IMG/VR virus record: IMGVR_UViG_3300025789_000018
DNA from: a virus
Lineage: Duplodnaviria > Caudoviricetes
Direction: 5' to 3' (one strand)
Length of the DNA stretch: 64,000 nt
This document shows positions 57,590 through 64,000 of this stretch, one piece after another. A program made the translations under genes and the position numbers. How positions within the stretch are numbered: position 1 is the first letter of the stretch; each line of letters opens with the position of its first letter. Below the pieces are notes generated by a model. That model did no database searches, was not told the DNA's origin, and saw only the letters and a list, made by a program, of their open reading frames with translations.

Positions 57590-58309
57590 ATGGCTTTACC
57601 TAAACTAAAAACACCACTATTTGATGTGACTATACCATCGACCAAGAAAGACATCAAGTTTCGCCCATTTCTTGTGAAAGAAGAAAAGATTTTGCTTATG
57701 GCACAAGCAAGCGGCGATAGAAAGAGTTTGATCAGTGCGCTTCAGCAGATCATCAACAACTGTGCTGTCTTTCCTGACGGAAAGAAAGTTGACATTGATA
57801 CGCTAACTTCTTTTGATATTGAATATCTCTTTCTGAAGATTCGTGCGAAGTCTGTGGATAACGTGGTCGAGTTGGTTTATACTGACAACGAAGACGGCAA
57901 AGAATACAAGTTTAAGATTTCACTGGACGAAATTGAAATCAAAACAGAAAAAAATCATAACAACAAGATCAAACTTGACGATGGTGTTGGGCTCATTCTG
58001 AAGTATCCTTCAGCCACGGAACTCAATAAGATCAGCGATGAACTTTCTTTGGCTGAGATTTCTGTTGAAGTTGTCAAGAATGCAATTGAACAGATTTATG
58101 ATTCGGAAACTGTTTATGAAATAAAAAATGTGAAGAAAGAAGAACTAGATGAGTTTGTTGATAGTCTTCCTGTCAAAGCATACGAAGACATTCAAAAGTT
58201 CCTAGAAACGATGCCTAAGATGTATCACAAGATCGAATACAAGAACTCTAAAGGAACAGAACGAGTAATCGAACTGACTACGTTAGAAGATTTTTTTACG
58301 TTGGTCTAA
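57590..58309 (+). CDS. gp26: Baseplate hub assembly protein
   Basis: MALPKL..P......PST...IKFRPFLVKEEKILLMA, FDIEYLFL.IRAKSV, KYPS, FLETMPK, L..LEDFF. Confidence 0.95.
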   Translation: MALPKLKTPLFDVTIPSTKKDIKFRPFLVKEEKILLMAQASGDRKSLISALQQIINNCAVFPDGKKVDIDTLTSFDIEYLFLKIRAKSVDNVVELVYTDNEDGKEYKFKISLDEIEIKTEKNHNNKIKLDDGVGLILKYPSATELNKISDELSLAEISVEVVKNAIEQIYDSETVYEIKNVKKEELDEFVDSLPVKAYEDIQKFLETMPKMYHKIEYKNSKGTERVIELTTLEDFFTLV

Positions 58310-58461
58310 GCCATACAAACTTGGCCAACTACTATTCCACCATCTTCTTTATGGTTCATCATCATAAATATTCTATTGCTGAAATTGAAAATCTGATACC
58401 ATTCGAGCGTGACATCTATGTGAACATGATCAAAGACCTGTTAGAACAAGAACAAAGGTAG
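58291..58461 (+). CDS. gp51: gp51-like frame (not in ORF track), probably reached by -1 frameshift from gp26; ATG at 58351 gives only 36 aa
   Basis: FFYVGLSHTNLANYYSTIFFMVHHHKYSIAEIENLIPFERDIYVNMIKDLLEQEQR matches the T4-like NYY..F..M.HHKYS..E.EN..P.ERDIY pattern. Confidence 0.8.
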   Translation, partial: FFYVGLSHTNLANYYSTIFFMVHHHKYSIAEIENLIPFERDIYVNMIKDLLEQEQR

Positions 58462-58464
58462 AAA

Positions 58465-61400
58465 ATGCCAAATCCTATTGAAGAAGCCGAAGGTGTAGCG
58501 AAACTAGGCGGTAAGATCGCAGAATGGGTAAAAGGTGGCGCGAAGGCGGTATCTAAAGGTGCCGTAAAGTTAGGCAAATTGGGCCTAGAGTCAGAACTTA
58601 TCAAGTCTATGCTAGGCAAAGATAATGATAAAGACGACAGCGCTACAAACACCAATTCGAACAATACATCAGGCGTTACATCTGGCAACAAATCTTCCGC
58701 TGGTTCGGCAACTTCTCCTAATCTAGCAGGAATTTATAACTTTGTAAAAAAAATTGATGAAACACCTTTTAAATCTGATGATACAAAAATCAGTACAGAT
58801 GATATGCAATTCCGCCAAACTGTGTCTAGAAAACTAAATGAAATAGATAAAAAAATTTCGCGCGTTGGAAACATATCTATTGCCATAAAACAAACGCTTG
58901 ATGCGCAGATGATAGCGATGCGAAAAACTGCCGAAACCTTGGGGATTCAATCACAAGAAAACTCATTGAAGCAGAATCAAAATGGTTCAAATGGTTCAAG
59001 TTCTGACAAAGGACTAATACAACAGGCACAAAAAGCATACAGCACATCAATGGGCAAAGTCGCGGCCGCGATTGCTTTACTTGGATTGGGCCTACTCGCT
59101 AAAGGAGGAGGCGGCGGTGGACCTGACGGCACTGTTACTTCTAGTAACAAAACAGAAGGAGCAGAATGGCAGAGAGCAGAGCATGTCACAGCAATGGGCG
59201 CGCGGCAGTTCTCTATGTTTATGGATAGAAAATCCGCATTAGACAACAAAGCATACACTCGTCTTGAAGAAAGGGCTTTGGCAAAAGAAGGTATTGTTGC
59301 TAGTGGAATATGGTATAAAAAAGATGGAAAAGCCATCTCTAAAGAAGAGATAGATAAAGAATTACAAAGAATGAGGTCTGGTCATATTTCGACCAAGGCT
59401 TTTAATAGTGCCAAATCTGGTATCACTAAAGTTGGTAACATTATCAAAGATAAACTGCAACTTGCAAGAATAAAAGCATTTATCCAGGAAGTTAAGCCTG
59501 TTTTTAAAAAAGCAGAAACTCTAAGAAAGGCTATATCTCCTGTAGAGAATTATCTGAAAAGGGTTGGAGTGAGCATAGGCGGAAGTTTAGGCAATATAAT
59601 GAAAATTGTTTTAGTCCTTCTTCAGTTTATGGACACAATAGAAGACGCGCTTGCAAAGGGAGTTCTATCAGAACAAACATTTAAAGACTTTTGTATGAAC
59701 TTGGGACAGTTAGGTGCGGCTATCTTGACAACTTGTTTCGTCAAACCTTTACAAAAAGGCGGAATGTGGATAGGAGAAGAACTAGGTGGTCTCATAGGAA
59801 TCGCTATAGGCGCGATTTTTCCTCCAGCAGAAGTGATAACAACTCCTTTAGGTATTGCACTTGGATTCTTGGCCACTTTAGCAATAGATGATATTGCTAT
59901 GTTCGTCGCGCAAGAGTTTGGTGGCGATTTTGGTCTATTTTTCTTTGATTGGATGTCAAAAGGATCTATTGTTTCCGCCGCTGAAAAGTTTGTCGGTAGA
60001 ATTTGGCAAGCAGGAAAAACAACAGTAAAGAAAGGAATTACTGGAGCGATACATAGAGTTGCCAGTGATCTTTTTATTCCTCAAATATCAAGTTTTGTTG
60101 GTGGTTTGTTTGGATTTGGAAAAAAGAATCCAGATGTAAAAACCACTTCACAACCATCTGTTGCGCCCACAGGTATTACACCTAGCAATGCTTCTATTGG
60201 TAATCAAAATAGAGGATTTCCAGCGGGAGGTACCGCTGTTAGCGGTGCTGCGGCGATTTATAAGAAGTTGGCTCCTACTTTAAACTTCGATAAAAAGTTC
60301 AAAGAATTGTCTAGAGAAGACCAAGACAAATATTTAACCGCGATGGCCGAGAATGAAGGCAGAAGCAAGAATAACATAAATCACCGTAACAACAATCCTG
60401 GAAACATTCTATGGAGTTCTGGTGATCGTTCGTTGCTAGAGAAATACGGAGCAAAACCAGGAACAAGAGCAAACGGGCTGATCTATGCAGAGTTTCCGTC
60501 TTGGCAAGCGGGATGGGAATGCGCTAGAGAAAAATTGATGAACGGTAGATACGCTAATATGACATTAGCGCAAGATGCTCAATTGTGGACAGGTGGCGGC
60601 GGTGGGGTTATTACAGATCCAAACGAACCTAAGACTGTCTCTCCAGGTTCAACAGGATCAACTCCAGTTGGAGCAGATGGTAAACCATTAGCAGTACACG
60701 GACCAGTGGCAGTCAAAACTCCTGGATTTAGACGATATGATACTGAAGCTGTAATAAAGGATAAAATGAGTAAAGCAGGAGCGGGGTCCGGAGCAGGACC
60801 AGCGGGGTCCGGAGCAGGACCAGCGAAGTCCGGAGCAGGACCAGCAACTTCTGATAAAAAGTTTAGCGGTACTGGTGCAGTCAATCGCAAGTTCGTAGGC
60901 AAAACTAATGGTGTTGATACTCATACATTAGATTTGTTTGCAAAAGTTCAAGGCGAATTGGGGCTAACAATTCCTGTCACTAGTGGCGCAAGACCAGCAG
61001 GATGGATAACACCAAGAGGCACAAAATCTGCATCAAACAATCCACACGTTCTTAGAAAGGCACTTGACCTTGGAGTTACTGGTGATCAGACAAAGATCGC
61101 CGAGGCGGCTATCGCAGCAGGATTCACTGGCATCGGTGGTGAAGGCAATCACCTTCATATTGATAACTCACATTCAAAACTAACAGCATGGGGACCAGAC
61201 TATCACGGTTCATCTACTCCAGGCTGGTTAAAGAGTGTCATCGCAAAGCATGGAGGAAGCACCAGCGGCGGGTCAGATATGGCAAGTAGCAGTGACGCGA
61301 AAGCATCACCAAACACTGGAACATCGTTCTCCAGCGGGTCTGGCGCCAGTTCTGGAAGCGGTTCCATGTCTAGTTCTATGGGCAAAGGTTCAACAAGTTC

Positions 61401-61587
61401 TAGTGAAATGGCATCTGCTACAATGCCACAGAAAAAGCCAACTACAAGACCTACACCCAAGAAACCAAACACAAGTACACAGTGGGGCATACCAGATCCA
61501 ATGTATCCACACAATAGAGCGGATGAATATTCAGTGTTCTTCAATGCGAATGAACCGGCATTTGGTACTCCGATGCATTTAGTTTAA
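58465..61587 (+). CDS. Tape-measure/gp29-like protein with peptidoglycan-hydrolase-like domains
   Basis: Follows gp26/gp51. Contains RNNNPGNI lytic-enzyme-like motif, an M15-type VTSGAR..H....A.D..GIG....HLHID motif and long low-complexity linkers. Confidence 0.65.
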   Translation: MPNPIEEAEGVAKLGGKIAEWVKGGAKAVSKGAVKLGKLGLESELIKSMLGKDNDKDDSATNTNSNNTSGVTSGNKSSAGSATSPNLAGIYNFVKKIDETPFKSDDTKISTDDMQFRQTVSRKLNEIDKKISRVGNISIAIKQTLDAQMIAMRKTAETLGIQSQENSLKQNQNGSNGSSSDKGLIQQAQKAYSTSMGKVAAAIALLGLGLLAKGGGGGGPDGTVTSSNKTEGAEWQRAEHVTAMGARQFSMFMDRKSALDNKAYTRLEERALAKEGIVASGIWYKKDGKAISKEEIDKELQRMRSGHISTKAFNSAKSGITKVGNIIKDKLQLARIKAFIQEVKPVFKKAETLRKAISPVENYLKRVGVSIGGSLGNIMKIVLVLLQFMDTIEDALAKGVLSEQTFKDFCMNLGQLGAAILTTCFVKPLQKGGMWIGEELGGLIGIAIGAIFPPAEVITTPLGIALGFLATLAIDDIAMFVAQEFGGDFGLFFFDWMSKGSIVSAAEKFVGRIWQAGKTTVKKGITGAIHRVASDLFIPQISSFVGGLFGFGKKNPDVKTTSQPSVAPTGITPSNASIGNQNRGFPAGGTAVSGAAAIYKKLAPTLNFDKKFKELSREDQDKYLTAMAENEGRSKNNINHRNNNPGNILWSSGDRSLLEKYGAKPGTRANGLIYAEFPSWQAGWECAREKLMNGRYANMTLAQDAQLWTGGGGGVITDPNEPKTVSPGSTGSTPVGADGKPLAVHGPVAVKTPGFRRYDTEAVIKDKMSKAGAGSGAGPAGSGAGPAKSGAGPATSDKKFSGTGAVNRKFVGKTNGVDTHTLDLFAKVQGELGLTIPVTSGARPAGWITPRGTKSASNNPHVLRKALDLGVTGDQTKIAEAAIAAGFTGIGGEGNHLHIDNSHSKLTAWGPDYHGSSTPGWLKSVIAKHGGSTSGGSDMASSSDAKASPNTGTSFSSGSGASSGSGSMSSSMGKGSTSSSEMASATMPQKKPTTRPTPKKPNTSTQWGIPDPMYPHNRADEYSVFFNANEPAFGTPMHLV
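60781..60843 (+). repeat. 3 x 21-nt tandem repeat encoding AGSGAGP
   Basis: GCGGGGTCCGGAGCAGGACCA twice, then GCGAAGTCCGGAGCAGGACCA. Confidence 0.9.
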
Positions 61588-61596
61588 GGTATTTCT

Positions 61597-61872
61597 ATGA
61601 CAAAAATATTCACATGGCTATTCCAGTTCTTTCCATGGATAGCAGCCGTACTCAAAGATATTGATGGCTTTCCATCGTCAAAGCGTGTAATCGCATTTCT
61701 ATCAACATTCTTCATGATAGCATTAGGTATTGCCAATACATTCTTTCATCTACACGTTGAACAGTTCATCTTTGAATCATTTCGTGATATCGTGATTGCT
61801 GGTATTGGTTTTGCTGGTGCTGAGAAGTTTACTAACAGACCAAACGATCCATCAGACGATTCATCACAATAA
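61597..61872 (+). CDS. Small two-TM membrane protein (holin-like)
   Basis: PSSKRVIAF plus two hydrophobic segments, ending GAEKF and a charged tail. Confidence 0.55.
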   Translation: MTKIFTWLFQFFPWIAAVLKDIDGFPSSKRVIAFLSTFFMIALGIANTFFHLHVEQFIFESFRDIVIAGIGFAGAEKFTNRPNDPSDDSSQ

Positions 61873-61896
61873 AAAGGGGTAGCCGAAGCTACCCCT
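61871..61896 (-). terminator. Intrinsic terminator with C(UUCG)G loop
   Basis: Minus strand GGGGTAGC-TTCG-GCTACCCC-TTTTT at the convergence point. Confidence 0.9.
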
Positions 61897-61905
61897 AAGT
61901 TACTC

Positions 61906-61997
61906 TGGAGGAAGAAGTGGGATTCGAACCCACGGAACCTTTTCAGGTTCTCTCGCTTTCAAGGCGAGTGCAATAAACCAGACTCTGCCATTCTTCC
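61906..61997 (-). tRNA. trnS: tRNA-Ser (anticodon TGA)
   Basis: GGAAGAA/TTCTTCC acceptor stem, CTCGC-CTTGAAA-GCGAG anticodon arm, long variable arm GAACCT/AGGTTC, GTGGGTTCGAATCCCAC T arm, encoded CCA. Confidence 0.95.
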
Positions 61998-62007
61998 AGT
62001 ATTCTAT

Positions 62008-62931
62008 TTAGTCTGATGCCAGCTTCTTGAAATAAGCTAGATCATCGTCTTCATCATCTGTTGCCCATGGCACATCATCTTGTGCGGCTGCAATCTTTGG
62101 TGCAGCAGCTTGACGCTGTACAGGTGCTTCAGCACGAGCGATAGGATCTTCGAAGACTTCACGACGAGCCGCAGCCGCTTCATTCAAGCCAAGAACCGCG
62201 TGCAACTTACGCTTCAGTGTATCATAGTCCTTGAAGTTCCTTGGATCAACAAACTCTTGTAGAGAATGCTCTGACTTCCAAATCTGTTCAAGCTTATTGT
62301 CATCCTTTGACAGAGGACCAGCAGCTTCAAACTCTGAAGAGTCGTAGTTGCGATAACCAGCAACTTGACGAATCTTGATCTTGAAGTTAGCGCCAGTCCA
62401 AAGATCAAATGGATTGATTGCTTCTTCATCCGCAAAAGCAGGATTCATTGATTCGTTGATCTTATCAAAAATCTTCTTACCATACTTGAAAAGCTTAACC
62501 TGGCCTTCATTCTCTGGGTTCGCAGGATCCTTGATAACATAGATGTTCGAAACGTAGTTTAGCTTACGCTTCTGTTCACGAGCCTGCTTACGGGCTGGTG
62601 ACTGCTCATCGGTAGTTGAGTTCCAGAGTTGAGTGTTATACTCAGAAACTGGATCGTTCTGACCTAGTGTGGTCAGAGACTTTTCGATATACCAAGTGCC
62701 GCTTGGGCCCTTGAAGCCATGTTCAAACACACGAACGAATGGCACATCTTCTTCGCCTGGAGCAGGAAGGAAGCGGATAACAGCATAGCCATTACCAGTC
62801 TTATCTGTTGAGGGATACCAGAAGCGGTCATCTTTGCTCGACTGATTTTCGTTTGTGTTGAGTTTCTTTAGCTGGTCGTTAAGCTTGTTGATGCTTGAAC
62901 CGCTGTTACGCTTGAGATTGCTAAAGTCCAT
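62008..62931 (-). CDS. gp32: Single-stranded DNA-binding protein
   Basis: DDRFW....DK.GNGYAVIRFLPAP, HGFKGP.G.WYIE.SLTTLG..DPVSE, FKYGKKIFDKI, PFDLW.GANFK.KIR, acidic tail. Confidence 0.99.
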   Translation of the reverse strand: MDFSNLKRNSGSSINKLNDQLKKLNTNENQSSKDDRFWYPSTDKTGNGYAVIRFLPAPGEEDVPFVRVFEHGFKGPSGTWYIEKSLTTLGQNDPVSEYNTQLWNSTTDEQSPARKQAREQKRKLNYVSNIYVIKDPANPENEGQVKLFKYGKKIFDKINESMNPAFADEEAINPFDLWTGANFKIKIRQVAGYRNYDSSEFEAAGPLSKDDNKLEQIWKSEHSLQEFVDPRNFKDYDTLKRKLHAVLGLNEAAAARREVFEDPIARAEAPVQRQAAAPKIAAAQDDVPWATDDEDDDLAYFKKLASD

Positions 62932-63030
62932 ATATATTCTCCGTATGATTGTATAGTTGTTGTATGTTTATTATCCACAGTATTCATAATGTATATCTTG
63001 TTGTACACCATATATCTTCTGGTGTCAATG

Positions 63031-63038
63031 TATTTATA
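63031..63038 (-). promoter_or_regulatory. Late promoter upstream of gp32
   Basis: Exact TATAAATA overlapping the gp33 stop codon. Confidence 0.7.
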
Positions 63039-63267
63039 CAGGCAATCTGGCGACTTTTGGCAGAAAGTTTAAGTTCTCTGCATCACTCTGCATTCGTGAC
63101 TTCAGATTGGCATTGCCCTTTACTAGAGACGCCACTGTCTCAACTTCTAGATTGTTTCGTTCACAGTATAGCATAACAGCATCAATATAATCAATATCAT
63201 ACTGCCATACTAACTCTTCAATCTCTTCAGCAAACTCTGCTGGTGTTTTGATCTTCAACTCATCCAT
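63034..63267 (-). CDS. gp33: Late-transcription co-activator
   Basis: F...IE.LV....I.YIDAV..YCE.N..E.E.VA.L....LK..MQ.DA..LNFLPK...LP. Adjacent to gp32. Confidence 0.9.
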   Translation of the reverse strand: MDELKIKTPAEFAEEIEELVWQYDIDYIDAVMLYCERNNLEVETVASLVKGNANLKSRMQSDAENLNFLPKVARLPV

Positions 63268-63712
63268 TCACGTTCTCCTTAATAATGAACTTATCTCCTT
63301 TTACCACAATCTCAACAGTTTTGCAACAGTTTGTTTTGGTATAATCTCTACCACCATCAATCATTGCGCCTTTAGTCTCTTGATAGTCATGGCGATATCG
63401 TGATACAATCACTTCGCCATCATCACATACAGCACCAACAAGTGGATTAGAGAATACGGAAGAAGCCTCAGTGATCATCACACGATCCGCTGCATCACAA
63501 TAGACGCCGAAGTAATGTGTATGACCTTTGCTTGTGTCTGGATTAGGTTGATAGAATACATCTACTGGAGTTTCATGCCAGTTGCCACCTAGACGTTTGG
63601 TGCACCAGTAACCCATGTACCGTGCACCATATTTTTCTTCAATGATCTTGATGCCTTTGCTACCAAAGTGATAGCCAACATTTTCATTATGTGGCTTAAA
63701 GTACAGGTTCAT
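63260..63712 (-). CDS. Hypothetical conserved phage protein
   Basis: Clean ORF with AGGA RBS. SRYRHDY..MIDGGRDY motif; function unknown. Confidence 0.6.
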   Translation of the reverse strand: MNLYFKPHNENVGYHFGSKGIKIIEEKYGARYMGYWCTKRLGGNWHETPVDVFYQPNPDTSKGHTHYFGVYCDAADRVMITEASSVFSNPLVGAVCDDGEVIVSRYRHDYQETKGAMIDGGRDYTKTNCCKTVEIVVKGDKFIIKENVNG

Positions 63713-63719
63713 AATGTAT

Positions 63720-63999
63720 CCTTAGAAAACGGGGTGCCCTATATCCACCGAGTAGCCAGAAGACATTATCTCTTACTCTGCCGGCACCCAACAGAGTCGT
63801 ATCACTATCTACAATCGGACCTAGCCGTGCAATGTACCGCGATAGGAGACAGTACAAAGTACATAACTTAGATGAACACTGACTGATACCTGCACTTCTC
63901 ACCGTGTGCTTTTCGAGTCGCGATCCCTAGATATCCGCGTGGCGTTATTCGTTGTCAGTGTTCATCAAAGTTTGCTGGGTACTATCGCTCCGTTTAAGG
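63720..63999. ncRNA. Candidate large structured non-coding RNA (strand unresolved, minus favoured by context)
   Basis: GC-richer intergenic tract with nested helices: perfect 13-bp GATGAACACTGAC/GTCAGTGTTCATC, GCGATAG/CTATCGC, ACTCTG/CAGAGT and end-closing AAACGG/CCGTTT. Confidence 0.55.
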
Positions 64000-64000
64000 G

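Noticed and set aside
58363-58370. CATAAATA inside the gp51-like frame as a tape-measure promoter
   Set aside because: It is dictated by the conserved His-Lys-Tyr codons, so it cannot be distinguished from coincidence.
60781-60843. CRISPR-like array
   Set aside because: The repeats are contiguous without spacers, in frame, and encode a Gly/Ala linker. No CRISPR array was seen anywhere in the window.
1476-63871. Many short ORFs antisense to, or out of frame within, the structural genes (e.g. 5426..5782, 6874..7422, 8462..8974, 23559..23945, 31620..32072)
   Set aside because: They are shadows of codon-biased genes, with no RBS, no promoters and no recognisable motifs.
63696-63902. 68-aa ORF, or group I intron/RNase P/tmRNA identity for the terminal element
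   Set aside because: The ORF has no RBS and atypical composition. Canonical P7 GACUA/UAGUC, RNase P conserved regions and a T-arm/CCA are not found.
1-64000. Alternative genetic code (stop-codon reassignment)
   Set aside because: Long conserved genes are intact in the standard code, and TAA, TGA and TAG all occur at expected gene ends.

Overview
This window is the virion-morphogenesis region of a large T4-like (Tevenvirinae-type, cyanophage/alphaproteobacterial-phage gene order) myovirus, mostly on the minus strand. Reading down from about 63,300 on the minus strand come gp33, gp32 and tRNA-Ser. An inverted + strand block follows (gp2, gp54, gp26, gp51-like, tape measure/gp29-like, membrane protein). 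The minus strand then continues with gp4 (zinc-finger fusion), gp48, gp53, hub, gp5, an unknown gene, gp25, gp6, gp7, gp8, the DUF4815 cluster, fibre and glycine-rich adhesin genes, gp13-gp23, a large structural-type protein and a papain-like protease. Two tRNAs (Leu, Gln) lie on the + strand near the start. Many TATAAATA late promoters and five free-standing homing endonucleases are present. Main points for follow-up: (1) a candidate -1 frameshift (T TTT TTT) fusing gp26 to a gp51-like frame directly upstream of the tape measure gene, as in lambda G/GT; (2) strong N-X-S/T sequon enrichment in outward-facing virion proteins, a candidate virion N-glycosylation system; (3) a 65-aa module inserted nine times in seven structural proteins; (4) an atypically split TerL intein with Thr+1, an HNH gene between its halves and a vestige of the empty site; (5) a homing endonuclease inside gene 13 that supplies a recoded replacement 5' end; (6) a conserved structured leader shared by a homing endonuclease and the zinc-finger-gp4 fusion; (7) a roughly 280-nt candidate structured RNA at the window end. 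All family assignments are by motif recognition and synteny only; no searches were run.
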